Shown here: positions 39,881-48,672 of the stretch, piece after piece
Layout: each line of letters starts with the position of its first letter
Numbering within the stretch: position 1 is the first letter of the stretch
DNA from: a virus
DNA length: 64,000 nucleotides
Reading direction: 5' to 3' (one strand)
IMG/VR virus record: IMGVR_UViG_3300020419_000004
The notes under the pieces: generated by a model
The model's input: the letters and a program-made list of their open reading frames with translations, nothing else
The model's database searches: none
What the model was told of the DNA's origin: nothing
Translations under genes and position numbers: made by a program

Positions 39881-40805
39881 AGTATTATTCGGTGACTGTC
39901 GTGAAACACTGAAGACTATTGATACCAAGGCACGCATGTGTGTCACATCGCCACCATACTACGGACTACGTAACTATGGTGATGAGGACAGGCAGATAGG
40001 TATGGAACAATCACCAGAAGAATACATTGCTGAAATGGTTAAGGTATTCCGATCAGTACGTGATGTACTCACTGATGATGGTACACTATGGTTAAACATA
40101 GGAGACACATACTATAACTACAGGTCAGATGGTAACTATCCTAAACAGACAGTATCCAGAACCAAGCAAGACCTACCTAACTTCTCACCTGTTCGTGGTA
40201 ACAAACTACAAGGACTGAAGAGTAAGGACTTGATAGGTATACCATGGATGTTAGCATTCGCATTGAGAGCAGACGGATGGTGGTTAAGACAGGATATCAT
40301 CTGGAATAAACCTAACCCTATGCCTGAGAGTGTCAAGGATAGATGTACCAAGTCACATGAGTACATATTTCTATTGAGTAAGAGTAAACAGTATTATTAT
40401 GACAATGAAGCAATTAAAGAGCCAGTCAAGCAAGACTGGGGGACAAGAGACCGCACGAACGGTAAGTACCATAATCCTGGTACTGGCCTGGCTCCTCATA
40501 GTGGGTTATCCAAGTCTTATGACAGGAAGAATAAACGATCTGTTTGGACTGTGACTAATAAACCATACAAGGGAGCACACTTCGCTGTATTCCCACCTGA
40601 CCTCATTGAACCATGCATACTAGCAGGCAGTGAGGAGAATGATATAGTCCTTGACCCATTCATGGGTAGTGGCACCACAGCAATGGTTGCCAAGAAACAC
40701 AATCGTAACTACATTGGTTGCGAGTTACATGAGGACTATGCCAGTTTACAGACTGACCGCATTGACAGCATTCCATCCCAATTACCTGCTATACTATGGA
40801 AGTAA
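39870..40805 (+). CDS. DNA N4-cytosine/N6-adenine methyltransferase (beta class)
   Basis: TSPPY precedes HFAVFP and LDPFMGSGTT. Confidence 0.92.
   Translation: MMNKVLFGDCRETLKTIDTKARMCVTSPPYYGLRNYGDEDRQIGMEQSPEEYIAEMVKVFRSVRDVLTDDGTLWLNIGDTYYNYRSDGNYPKQTVSRTKQDLPNFSPVRGNKLQGLKSKDLIGIPWMLAFALRADGWWLRQDIIWNKPNPMPESVKDRCTKSHEYIFLLSKSKQYYYDNEAIKEPVKQDWGTRDRTNGKYHNPGTGLAPHSGLSKSYDRKNKRSVWTVTNKPYKGAHFAVFPPDLIEPCILAGSEENDIVLDPFMGSGTTAMVAKKHNRNYIGCELHEDYASLQTDRIDSIPSQLPAILWK
40738..40795 (+). promoter_or_regulatory. Early promoter (23-bp motif) embedded in the MTase 3' end
   Basis: ATGCCAGT-N6-ACTGACCGC, 29 nt, TATACT. Confidence 0.65.
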
Positions 40806-41005
40806 TCATCACAGAGCAACCAGAAATGGACAAAGTAGTAACTATGGTTGAACTCGATACTCAACAGATCAAGTATCTTATTGATCTTATGTGGTCTACC
40901 GATCCTACAATTTCAAACAATGTAGCATTGAGACACAGCGTTGATGACGTTCAACTAGAGAGTAGATTGAACCTAGCACTAGGTAGTGCACTAGGAGAAG
41001 TATGA
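40796..41005 (+). CDS. Hypothetical protein
   Basis: 69 aa ORF. Confidence 0.55.
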   Translation: MEVIITEQPEMDKVVTMVELDTQQIKYLIDLMWSTDPTISNNVALRHSVDDVQLESRLNLALGSALGEV

Positions 41006-41196
41006 ACGCAAAAAATATGTCAAGCACAGAAAAACTTATCTTTATCTTCTCATTCATTAATTTTCTTCATTGGTCATGTCTTGTTATGTCACGTTTGGTG
41101 GGTATCGCAATCGGAAGCGTATCGCTCGCAATGCAGTCGAGTGGTTCCTACAACATCGTAAACTCAATCGCTTCAACACGTTTATCCATATTGTAG
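41002..41196 (+). CDS. Small membrane-type hypothetical protein
   Basis: EKLIFIFSFINFLHWSC; ATGA coupling. Confidence 0.5.
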   Translation: MNAKNMSSTEKLIFIFSFINFLHWSCLVMSRLVGIAIGSVSLAMQSSGSYNIVNSIASTRLSIL

Positions 41197-41534
41197 ATAA
41201 ACGACTGTGGCCTGAGGATGATGGTGCTTGTATCGCCATTGATAGTATGTCACGTCCTAGATACTTTGAGATTGAGATAGAAAATCGTCTCGATAACAAA
41301 GAACAATACCTCACAACTCTATTTCATGAGTTAATTCATGTAGAGCAACGTCTTCGTAATACACACAGTGTCACTTATGATGCACGTCTCTGTCGTAGTG
41401 TCAACAAATGGCATGGTGATGTAGTTCCACCAGAAACTGCATACATGGATGAACCATGGGAGATAGAAGCATATGGTTTAGAGGGTCAACTGTATAAGGA
41501 ATACAGGAAATATGAAGCAAAACTTAAGAATTGA
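41076..41534 (+). CDS. Zincin-like (HExxH) protein
   Basis: TLFHELIHVEQ; PWEIEAY. Confidence 0.75.
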   Translation: MSCYVTFGGYRNRKRIARNAVEWFLQHRKLNRFNTFIHIVDKRLWPEDDGACIAIDSMSRPRYFEIEIENRLDNKEQYLTTLFHELIHVEQRLRNTHSVTYDARLCRSVNKWHGDVVPPETAYMDEPWEIEAYGLEGQLYKEYRKYEAKLKN

Positions 41535-41994
41535 GACGTTTTACGTTAAACCACCAGTAAATACAGATGAGATCCTTGATGATCTCGACTGGTGTCGTAG
41601 GGAAGATGCACCTGTAAAGGCAAATCTGACCGAATGGAATATATCTGACTACCTACCCGACCTATGCTCACAATTATATGTCCTCTTCCCGAACTATAAG
41701 ATCGAAGATCTTTGGATTGCTTCGTACGGACTGGGAGACTACACAGAAAGTCATGACCATCGCGGTTTTGATTGGAGTTTTGTGTGGTATCTGGATGCCT
41801 GTATTGACTGCAGTCCTCTCACGTTCCCAAACTTAAAGCATCCATGGTTGCCACCTCATGTAATATATCCTAAGGTAGGCAACCTGCATGTATTTGATGG
41901 TGGATTAGTCCACTATGTGTGTCCACACACATGTACCCACGATCGAGTTGTGGTATCTGGAAACCTGACTACATATAACTCGGATAAGAAATGA
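41512..41994 (+). CDS. 2OG-Fe(II) oxygenase-like protein
   Basis: GDYTESHDH..WSFVWYL; LVHYV; RVVVSGN. Confidence 0.75.
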   Translation: MKQNLRIETFYVKPPVNTDEILDDLDWCRREDAPVKANLTEWNISDYLPDLCSQLYVLFPNYKIEDLWIASYGLGDYTESHDHRGFDWSFVWYLDACIDCSPLTFPNLKHPWLPPHVIYPKVGNLHVFDGGLVHYVCPHTCTHDRVVVSGNLTTYNSDKK

Positions 41995-41998
41995 AACA

Positions 41999-42241
41999 AT
42001 GGATCCTGACATTCAAAAACACTTTGACTTCAAATATGTGGAGGGAGAACTTCACATGTATATTAAGGCAGAATTCGTCAAGAAACTAGGATGGACGGAT
42101 AAAGATATAGAACTATCATTCGGTAACATCAAGAGAATGAATAGTTTTAAGGGAGCATCCCTATCCATCAACACAATTGAACAATCACATTATGAACACC
42201 CATGGCACTTACACCAGAAGAAAGAGAACTTAGAGCAATAG
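41999..42241 (+). CDS. Hypothetical protein
   Basis: 80 aa ORF. Confidence 0.6.
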   Translation: MDPDIQKHFDFKYVEGELHMYIKAEFVKKLGWTDKDIELSFGNIKRMNSFKGASLSINTIEQSHYEHPWHLHQKKENLEQ

Positions 42242-42420
42242 CAAGATTTTATAAGGATGCCAAGTATGGTTTTGCGACCGAAGACGGTTATTACGCAATC
42301 CCTAGTGATGGTAAGAAGTTGGCTTTATTCCATAAAGGTGCTATAATTAAATGGTGTAGGAACGAACAATCCGCACGCAATTTAGTTAATCGCCTTCGTA
42401 AACGTGAAACCAATCGTTAA
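42202..42420 (+). CDS. Hypothetical protein
   Basis: 72 aa ORF. Confidence 0.6.
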   Translation: MALTPEERELRAIARFYKDAKYGFATEDGYYAIPSDGKKLALFHKGAIIKWCRNEQSARNLVNRLRKRETNR

Positions 42421-43273
42421 ATACCAAGGTGGTAAGTCAAGAGAGTTACCACTCATCAAGACATTACTACCACAGAACTATGACACTGTGCTCGAACCTT
42501 TTGCAGGTGGAGCAGCAGTGTCTTTTGCATTAGGACACCGATGCATATTAAATGATATGAATGATGCATTGATAAACATGTATCAACAAGTATCAAATCC
42601 AACTACCTTTCATGATGTATTCTCTCATGTAGCATACTTGAAGACACTGGAGCATGATGCACTCAGTGATGAGTACTATAAAGCAAGAGACTACATCAAT
42701 GGTACAGAACGTGACCCATATGACTGGGCAGTATCATATATCACATTGAGACAGTTATGTTTCAGTGGTATGGAGAGATACAACAAGGATGGTAAGTTCA
42801 ATGTACCATTTGGACATTACAAGAGATTTTCATGTAACCTAGACTGGAACCACATGAAGTTCTTACATCAATCAGGTAGTAGCATCTATCATGGAGACTT
42901 CGCACCCATATTTGATATGGCAACAGAGGATGACTTCATATTCATAGACCCACCATACCTAGACAGACTAGGATATACACATGGGGATGGAGGTAATACA
43001 CTTCATACAAGACTAGTCGAGTGTATGCATAAGACCAAGGCAAAGTGGTTGTTCATACACACTAAGCATGACTTCTACATGGATACACTATGGGAGTATA
43101 ACATCATGTTCAGACCACATGGTTACTCACAGAGGTTCGGTAAGAACAGAGACCATAGTGGTGCACAGGTAGAACACATGTATGTTACCAACTACGAGGA
43201 TGATATGACACTCCATAGGGTGTCTAACTCATCGTTGCAGAATTTATTAGACCATGATAGAATAGGAGCATGA
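42404..43273 (+). CDS. Dam-family (alpha class) adenine methyltransferase
   Basis: KYQGGK; EPFAGGAAV; LND; FIDPPY. Confidence 0.92.
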   Translation: MKPIVKYQGGKSRELPLIKTLLPQNYDTVLEPFAGGAAVSFALGHRCILNDMNDALINMYQQVSNPTTFHDVFSHVAYLKTLEHDALSDEYYKARDYINGTERDPYDWAVSYITLRQLCFSGMERYNKDGKFNVPFGHYKRFSCNLDWNHMKFLHQSGSSIYHGDFAPIFDMATEDDFIFIDPPYLDRLGYTHGDGGNTLHTRLVECMHKTKAKWLFIHTKHDFYMDTLWEYNIMFRPHGYSQRFGKNRDHSGAQVEHMYVTNYEDDMTLHRVSNSSLQNLLDHDRIGA

Positions 43274-43953
43274 AACTAAGACCCCAATCACCTGGTAATG
43301 AGTACTTGAGGTATAACCTACTACCTCTCATTGATAGTATCGTGCCAAAGAATACATCATCCAGTATATTATCTGCATGTGGTTTAGGTGATACCACATC
43401 AAGTCAGAGTATACTCATCACATGTGGTAACCGTTTCGAGAAGTTTTGGAACAAGGTCATTACACACAGTCGTGGTGTAGACAATCAATTACCATTTGCA
43501 AATGGCACTGATAGGATTAAAGTTGATGCTAAGGACAGACAAGTAGATCACTTCTTCAGTATTCATGACCTTGAAAACAACAACTATGTGTATCTGGAGA
43601 GTAAGACCAACCTCGACTTCGATACAGAGAAGAAACCAGAGAGTAACGAGAAGATCAAGAGAGTTGGTGAACAACTAGGATTTGCATTTGATGCAACAGT
43701 AAATTGTGGTTACTATGTACCAGTTGAACGTGAGATTGACCAGAAGGTTAGATCACACTATACCAAACATGGTGTTAATGTATATGGTGTAGAGGACATG
43801 TTCCGATGGTTAAATGATGTACCATTCACAATAGATGAGTATTTCATATTCCTACGTGAGGTCATAGGTCCTATATTGAAGGAGAAACTTGATGGTGTGA
43901 CAGTGCAACAACCTGCACACAGTGGTAGACATAGTGACCTAGATGCACTATAA
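43270..43953 (+). CDS. Putative PD-(D/E)XK restriction-type endonuclease
   Basis: GNRFE...QVDHFF...YLESKTNLDFDTEK; ATGA-coupled to the MTase. Confidence 0.55.
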   Translation: MKLRPQSPGNEYLRYNLLPLIDSIVPKNTSSSILSACGLGDTTSSQSILITCGNRFEKFWNKVITHSRGVDNQLPFANGTDRIKVDAKDRQVDHFFSIHDLENNNYVYLESKTNLDFDTEKKPESNEKIKRVGEQLGFAFDATVNCGYYVPVEREIDQKVRSHYTKHGVNVYGVEDMFRWLNDVPFTIDEYFIFLREVIGPILKEKLDGVTVQQPAHSGRHSDLDAL

Positions 43954-43954
43954 T
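43896..43954 (+). promoter_or_regulatory. Early promoter (23-bp motif) embedded in the nuclease 3' end
   Basis: TGTGACAGT-N6-ACCTGCAC, then TAGACA-17 nt-TATAAT. Confidence 0.75.
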
Positions 43955-43977
43955 AATAGAGGGAAACAAAGGCACAC

Positions 43978-44229
43978 GTGCTTTTTGTTTCTCGCACCCT
44001 ATTACTCACGGAGAGGTACTTGACCACTTATTATTATGACGTTGTATGGACTGACTATCAGTACACACACAACCTTACCACAACAGAGATGCAAGAAAAG
44101 CATCATATTGATGCAATGCTTAAACAAGTAGACCATCTCAAGTGGCAAGACGAGCAACGTAGCAAATGGATGGGTGGTGAAGAACCAGAGTATGTATCAA
44201 GGGGTATCCCCGAAGACTGTCCTTTTTAA
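43978..44229 (+). CDS. Hypothetical protein (start uncertain)
   Basis: First ORF after the promoter. Confidence 0.55.
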   Translation: MLFVSRTLLLTERYLTTYYYDVVWTDYQYTHNLTTTEMQEKHHIDAMLKQVDHLKWQDEQRSKWMGGEEPEYVSRGIPEDCPF

Positions 44230-44237
44230 TCATCATC

Positions 44238-44351
44238 ATGTCACAGACATTCGCAAACTTCCTTCTTTGTCAAGCAGATACAGGCAATGACTTGCTTGCT
44301 ATACTCGAAGACATCGTGGACACAGTAGACTATGATCACACCATCTTATAA
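44238..44351 (+). CDS. 37-aa peptide (not in ORF track)
   Basis: MSQTFANFLLCQADTGNDLLAILEDIVDTVDYDHTIL; fills the gap. Confidence 0.5.
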   Translation: MSQTFANFLLCQADTGNDLLAILEDIVDTVDYDHTIL

Positions 44352-44355
44352 CTCA

Positions 44356-44538
44356 ATGTCCACTGTTACCACTCTTGCTTCAGTCAACTCTATGATTAAA
44401 TCACTCAAGAAGGCACTCAAGGCATCTGACCTTGATCCATTTCTATATGAGGAGAAGGAGATCATATACATGAAGACCAAACTTCGTGAAATGTATGCTG
44501 AAAGACAAGAGTTAAATAGTGGAAATGGTTTTGGTTAA
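44356..44538 (+). CDS. Hypothetical protein
   Basis: Ends in GNGFG; coupled to the next gene. Confidence 0.6.
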   Translation: MSTVTTLASVNSMIKSLKKALKASDLDPFLYEEKEIIYMKTKLREMYAERQELNSGNGFG

Positions 44539-44744
44539 TGAAACTACCTTTCCGCAAGGGAGATCACGTACAGTATGAAGGTAAGCAATGCCTTATCACA
44601 TTTGTATGTCGCGATTACATCACAGTATGTACTCAGCAGTGGCCAGATGAGAATACTCTTCATGGTCACAAACAAGTCAACGTTGTAGTATCTCGTAGAT
44701 ACTGGAACACTATCACACCTCATGCTTCAAATGAAGAAAAGTAA
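44538..44744 (+). CDS. Hypothetical protein (SH3-like start)
   Basis: FRKGDHVQY.G. Confidence 0.55.
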   Translation: MKLPFRKGDHVQYEGKQCLITFVCRDYITVCTQQWPDENTLHGHKQVNVVVSRRYWNTITPHASNEEK

Positions 44745-44952
44745 GAACGTACAGTTCTCCGTCCTCAACAGTGACGTGACTGTCCAACTACAACCGAAGA
44801 GAAGAGGGATATATTGGAACTATCAGGATGTACCATTTAACTATGGTCCATTCAAAGACGACAATCAGGCAATCAATGATGCCAAACTATACTCACAGTA
44901 TGGTACAACATCAAAGGTCTTCCTTACTACACAAGGTAGGAGGAGAAGATAA
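44722..44952 (+). CDS. Hypothetical protein
   Basis: YGPFKDDNQAINDA. Confidence 0.55.
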   Translation: MLQMKKSKNVQFSVLNSDVTVQLQPKRRGIYWNYQDVPFNYGPFKDDNQAINDAKLYSQYGTTSKVFLTTQGRRRR

Positions 44953-45098
44953 TGCAGAACGTACCGTTTTATGACTTACCACAGTCACCAATACTATGGA
45001 TAGGACTATGTGGCATACTGTTCACGTTAGTACTGTACTACTTCACGCAGAGAGCGTATTTCCAATCACCACTCAATAGGGACAATGACAAAAACTGA
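44952..45098 (+). CDS. 48-aa membrane peptide (not in ORF track)
   Basis: MQNVPFYDLPQSPILWIGLCGILFTLVLYYFTQRAYFQSPLNRDNDKN; TAATG coupling. Confidence 0.6.
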   Translation: MQNVPFYDLPQSPILWIGLCGILFTLVLYYFTQRAYFQSPLNRDNDKN

Positions 45099-45348
45099 AA
45101 TCATCCTCGAACGCTTCCCATACAGATTTGTACAGAAAGGACTGCTAGAGATCAATGGCGAACCAGACTATCGCATACAGAAGTTCAATGACATCACCAG
45201 ACAGTACAATGACATGTACTACCTCGATAGCAGCATACAGTTAGATGCATGCCTAGAGGATCATGAGTATGTCAAGTGGTTAGACCCAGATCCTGAGGTT
45301 GCTGCATATCCCAACAAGACAGACAAGGTGGTATCCCCATATGCCTGA
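45085..45348 (+). CDS. Conserved cyanophage hypothetical protein
   Basis: ERFPYRFV; PDYRIQK; EYVKWLDP. Confidence 0.7.
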   Translation: MTKTEIILERFPYRFVQKGLLEINGEPDYRIQKFNDITRQYNDMYYLDSSIQLDACLEDHEYVKWLDPDPEVAAYPNKTDKVVSPYA

Positions 45349-45523
45349 TAGAATACTCGAACGTAGACAACGATGCTACAAACAACTGATACAGACAGAC
45401 CTGCCCATGGAGTTTGTATATGCATATTGTACTGAATGGGCAGAAGGAGACGAGATCGAACTCAATGTACCCAAGAACCCCAAGGTAGTCAAACGTGTTC
45501 CTACGTACAGACCAAGTAAGTAA
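45341..45523 (+). CDS. Hypothetical protein
   Basis: 60 aa from the in-frame ATG at 45341. Confidence 0.55.
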   Translation: MPDRILERRQRCYKQLIQTDLPMEFVYAYCTEWAEGDEIELNVPKNPKVVKRVPTYRPSK

Positions 45524-46076
45524 TAATAAACTCATCGGACTAGAACATGTGTATCCTACACTTAAACAAGAGTGGGATGCATATAACCATGACATAGAGT
45601 GGAGAGACTTTACCACTTATATGGAACGTACTATCAATCAATCTAACCAAGGACATGAGATAGACAGTATAGAGAATGCACCAATAGCAACACCTCAATC
45701 TAAATGGAGTATCGCACCATTATTCTATCACAATCAACCATATACAAGGAATACTAACCTATTACCTAAGTTAAGGAAGACTATGTACTGGTTAGGAGAG
45801 ACTAGTTACGTAGGAATGGTTAAACTAGCATCAGATAGTGGTCTTGGATGGCATTATGACCCTGATCCGAACCCAGTTACTCAGAGGATCAGATGTCAGT
45901 TACCATTTGACTGCTCAATCTCTACGTTATCTGTACAGAGTGAGAATAGACCCTATGCGGAGGGTAAGCTCATGATTTTCTTGAGTTCCGCACGTCATAA
46001 AGTACAAAATCAGGGAGAAAACGATAGAATTTCACTAGTTTTTGACCTGTTCCGTAAGGGGAAGGGTATTTTGTAG
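45495..46076 (+). CDS. Aspartyl/asparaginyl beta-hydroxylase-like 2OG oxygenase
   Basis: LGWHYD; RIRCQLP; EGKLMIF...HKVQN.G..DRISLVFD. Confidence 0.75.
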   Translation: MFLRTDQVSNNKLIGLEHVYPTLKQEWDAYNHDIEWRDFTTYMERTINQSNQGHEIDSIENAPIATPQSKWSIAPLFYHNQPYTRNTNLLPKLRKTMYWLGETSYVGMVKLASDSGLGWHYDPDPNPVTQRIRCQLPFDCSISTLSVQSENRPYAEGKLMIFLSSARHKVQNQGENDRISLVFDLFRKGKGIL

Positions 46077-46194
46077 TGAAATGAGTATAGGATAGTATCC
46101 TTTTATGAAACGTTTAATTAAATGTAACTGGGCGATTTACTTTGCGGATCTCTTGTAGTCTAAGCCCGCAGTCTAGCAGAAGTCAAGCTCGCAT

Positions 46195-46251
46195 GTGCCA
46201 CTATGTAAACTGTCTGAAATATTTGACAATTCTCTGAGGTTTCGCTATAAT
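46195..46251 (+). promoter_or_regulatory. Early promoter with 23-bp motif
   Basis: GTGCCACT-N6-ACTGTCTGA, then perfect TTGACA-17 nt-TATAAT. Confidence 0.88.
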
Positions 46252-46274
46252 TAATAGTATAAACACAAAAAGAA

Positions 46275-46529
46275 ATGCCCGCAAAGAAACACACATTTGA
46301 CATCGGCGAGTTGAGTTCTGCCATAGATAAGGTAGTCGTGCAAGGATCCAAGGTTTTCATCAATTTTTCAGGAAACGAAAAAACCTACGAGTATAAGTGG
46401 AAACCTGCAAGCTCGCAGCTTTTGTCAGTTCTTGAAGGTTTTGTCAAAAACCCAGAAAGTGTATCACTTGGACGCTTTTACAACAATTCACTAAAAAGTG
46501 AAGACCTTGTACAAATTACAACAGTCTAG
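46275..46529 (+). CDS. KTSC-like small protein
   Basis: SSAIDKV....V.I.F....YEY ... SLGRFYN. Confidence 0.5.
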   Translation: MPAKKHTFDIGELSSAIDKVVVQGSKVFINFSGNEKTYEYKWKPASSQLLSVLEGFVKNPESVSLGRFYNNSLKSEDLVQITTV

Positions 46530-46553
46530 TAAAAACTACCAAAAGGCAAACTA

Positions 46554-46721
46554 ATGGCAAATACTTGGAGTTATCGTGGAAACGGTAAGAAAGGTTCATT
46601 TGGTCAAAAAAAGAAGAAACTGAAAGAAAATGAGGATTTGAGATCTTCTGGCTATTATGACATGTTATCTAATAGGCAAAAGATAAATAGTGATACAGAC
46701 ATGGAGGACCTTTATGGTTAA
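46554..46721 (+). CDS. 55-aa basic protein (not in ORF track)
   Basis: MANTWSYRGNGKKGSFGQKKKKLKENEDLRSSGYYDML. Confidence 0.55.
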   Translation: MANTWSYRGNGKKGSFGQKKKKLKENEDLRSSGYYDMLSNRQKINSDTDMEDLYG

Positions 46722-46914
46722 GCTGCCACAGCTAGTACAAATGTACACAGATGGACTCATGAGTCCATTAGAACAAATAGAACTAGTACAAATCCTACTA
46801 GACACTGAATTATTATCAGAGTATCCACAATTTGACAAACTGGCAGATTATTTCATAAGTGAAGGTTTATGCTACTATGTGCCAATTAATATAATGCCTG
46901 AACTAAAGGATTAA
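46714..46914 (+). CDS. Hypothetical protein
   Basis: SD GGAGG before ATG 46714. Confidence 0.6.
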   Translation: MVKLPQLVQMYTDGLMSPLEQIELVQILLDTELLSEYPQFDKLADYFISEGLCYYVPINIMPELKD

Positions 46915-46921
46915 AAGACAA

Positions 46922-46948
46922 AAAAAAGAGGGGTTGACCCTCTTTTTT
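46922..46948. terminator. Bidirectional intrinsic terminator
   Basis: AAAAAAGAGGG-GTTGA-CCCTCTTTTTT between convergent units. Confidence 0.85.
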
Positions 46949-46949
46949 A

Positions 46950-47111
46950 TTATATAATGGTCAACTCCTCTGGACGGAATGCCTTACGGTCAAACCTCTC
47001 CTCTACTGTAGTGATACAGACCACGGAGTTGATCTCAGGGAAGAGAGATAGAACCCACCATTCTAATCCCTCTTCGTCTCTTACCTTGTCGGAAATACTC
47101 AGCTGAGTCAT
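46950..47111 (-). CDS. 53-aa protein (not in ORF track)
   Basis: MTQLSISDKVRDEEGLEWWVLSLFPEINSVVCITT. Confidence 0.55.
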   Translation of the reverse strand: MTQLSISDKVRDEEGLEWWVLSLFPEINSVVCITTVEERFDRKAFRPEELTII

Positions 47112-47239
47112 GAAAATTCTCTGATGTAAAGTTCGTAATTGATCATGTCATCTAATTCTACGGGGATATCCTCTTTAAGATATGCCCGTAGTTTAGCAGT
47201 AGATGCTCTGCGAATTTCGTCATGTGTCAATGGTCGCAC
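47108..47239 (-). CDS. 43-aa protein, GTG start (not in ORF track)
   Basis: RPLTHDEIRRASTAKLRAYLKEDIPVELDDMINYELYIREFS; ATGA coupling. Confidence 0.5.
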   Translation of the reverse strand: MRPLTHDEIRRASTAKLRAYLKEDIPVELDDMINYELYIREFS

Positions 47240-47421
47240 CTCTTGTCCTGATATGCATCCTCGTTCCAATGCTCATTAGCATCCAATGCCCCTACGTATT
47301 GTAGGATTTCATCATAAGTTTGCATACCACTACGTGACATTCTATTACAGGTGTATTCCCATCCTAGGTCACAAAGTTTATCCATTAGCACGGATAGTTT
47401 AATTTGCTGTTTTGATTTCAT
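47227..47421 (-). CDS. Hypothetical protein
   Basis: LGWEY...MSRSG..TYD. Confidence 0.6.
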   Translation of the reverse strand: MKSKQQIKLSVLMDKLCDLGWEYTCNRMSRSGMQTYDEILQYVGALDANEHWNEDAYQDKRCDH

Positions 47422-47681
47422 GCCGCCACCTCTTCTTCAAGGTAACGGAATGGATTGAAACCGCCATCATAAATCTGGTTCATGATGTCTCTTACTCGCT
47501 CTCTGTCGAGACTATCGCCATCGCCCCACGTGTAAACGTCGCTGTCATAATGTGCAATAGCATCAAGGTAAATGCATGTAGCGTAGGCAATCTGTTCACG
47601 TGACCTACCTTGATCATATAAACCACCGTAACCATAAAATTCTTTACAGTAGTTTATGAAGTCGTTAAAAGATGTGTTCAT
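47418..47681 (-). CDS. Hypothetical protein
   Basis: FINYCKEFYG; GDSLDRERVRD. Confidence 0.65.
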   Translation of the reverse strand: MNTSFNDFINYCKEFYGYGGLYDQGRSREQIAYATCIYLDAIAHYDSDVYTWGDGDSLDRERVRDIMNQIYDGGFNPFRYLEEEVAA

Positions 47682-47683
47682 GA

Positions 47684-47878
47684 TTAACCTACCATTTTTT
47701 TGATATCGTTTAGGAAATCTTCGTATTTCCATTGTGCTGATTGGTTCAGCATCTGTTGACCGTACATAGGTAGGTCTCCAGTATCCGTTGCTTCTGCTAC
47801 TACTTCGTCGTAGCATGCCTGATAGATACCCTCGTTTGTTACAGGATAGTCACTAGGGTCAACGTAGAAGAATTGCAT
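47684..47878 (-). CDS. Hypothetical protein
   Basis: First ORF after the minus-strand promoter. Confidence 0.6.
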   Translation of the reverse strand: MQFFYVDPSDYPVTNEGIYQACYDEVVAEATDTGDLPMYGQQMLNQSAQWKYEDFLNDIKKMVG

Positions 47879-47914
47879 AATCTAAAAATGAATGAATTTC
47901 GTTTGTACTCTTTT

Positions 47915-47975
47915 ATTATAGTCGAAAGTATGCCCAAAAAAGAGATAAGTGAGCATACTGAAACAATTCGTTACA
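47915..47975 (-). promoter_or_regulatory. Early promoter with 17-bp motif
   Basis: TATAAT (minus, 47915-47920); TGTAA-N7-TTTCA 38 nt upstream. Confidence 0.7.
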
Positions 47976-48483
47976 AATAACCTGCGACCTCTTGACCTGG
48001 TTCATCATAGAACCAACTCATGCTTAAGTCGTCAAATTGCTCACAAATTGCTGAATGGATTTCCTCAGGTGGAGACCACGCAGTTTCAAAATTGACCTCG
48101 AAACCGTTTGGCATATCGCAATCGTCAATCTCTAAGGAATAAGCATCCCACTTAGTTCCCCAGTTTGCATTTCGCCAGTTGTACCATCTGTCATCATTAT
48201 TTCCAGTAGAGGGAAAGCAAAGACCTCTCATAGGATCTTCATTCATTACAGGCAGTTCACCAACTTCACCTCTAGGGGAACTGAATGAATACTCTCTAAC
48301 GTGTTCTTCAGCGAGGGGAACTTTACTCCAATCAGGTTCGGGGACAAATGATCCGAACACGGAATCTCTTCTCTCTGTATTGTCATCATTCTTAAGACCC
48401 TTTTTAAATATGTTATGTAGTTTAAGGATCGCTGTTGTATCTTCACTATAGAAAGTGACTCTGTTATGGCAATGATTTGGCAT
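47971..48483 (-). CDS. DUF1281/YubB-like ferredoxin-fold protein
   Basis: MPNHCHNRV; WYNWR..NWGTKWD; FETAWSPP; YDEPG..AG. Confidence 0.75.
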   Translation of the reverse strand: MPNHCHNRVTFYSEDTTAILKLHNIFKKGLKNDDNTERRDSVFGSFVPEPDWSKVPLAEEHVREYSFSSPRGEVGELPVMNEDPMRGLCFPSTGNNDDRWYNWRNANWGTKWDAYSLEIDDCDMPNGFEVNFETAWSPPEEIHSAICEQFDDLSMSWFYDEPGQEVAGYL

Positions 48484-48611
48484 TAATGACACCTCTGTTG
48501 GAATAGTTCGTTTGCTAGGTCGATTTGTTCTTCGTATGACAAATCTGGTCTCTCTTCTAGGACATCTTCGTAGATGTCCATTAAGATGTCTGCATGATGG
48601 AGGGAACTCAT
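48483..48611 (-). CDS. 42-aa acidic peptide (not in ORF track)
   Basis: MSSLHHADILMDIYEDVLEERPDLSYEEQIDLANELFQQRCH; TAATG coupling. Confidence 0.55.
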   Translation of the reverse strand: MSSLHHADILMDIYEDVLEERPDLSYEEQIDLANELFQQRCH

Positions 48612-48672
48612 TTTTTGTTGCCCCCTAGATAACGTTTCTTAGGGAATCCGTCTCTGTTGTACTGTCCACAGT

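Noticed and set aside
40762-40795. TTGACA...TATACT as a standard sigma70 promoter
   Set aside because: Spacer is 22 nt; the -10 is better explained by the 23-bp motif at the usual 29 nt
48647-48669. Further 23-bp motif copy
   Set aside because: Only the ACTGTCCAC half matches and no -10 lies at 28-31 nt on either side
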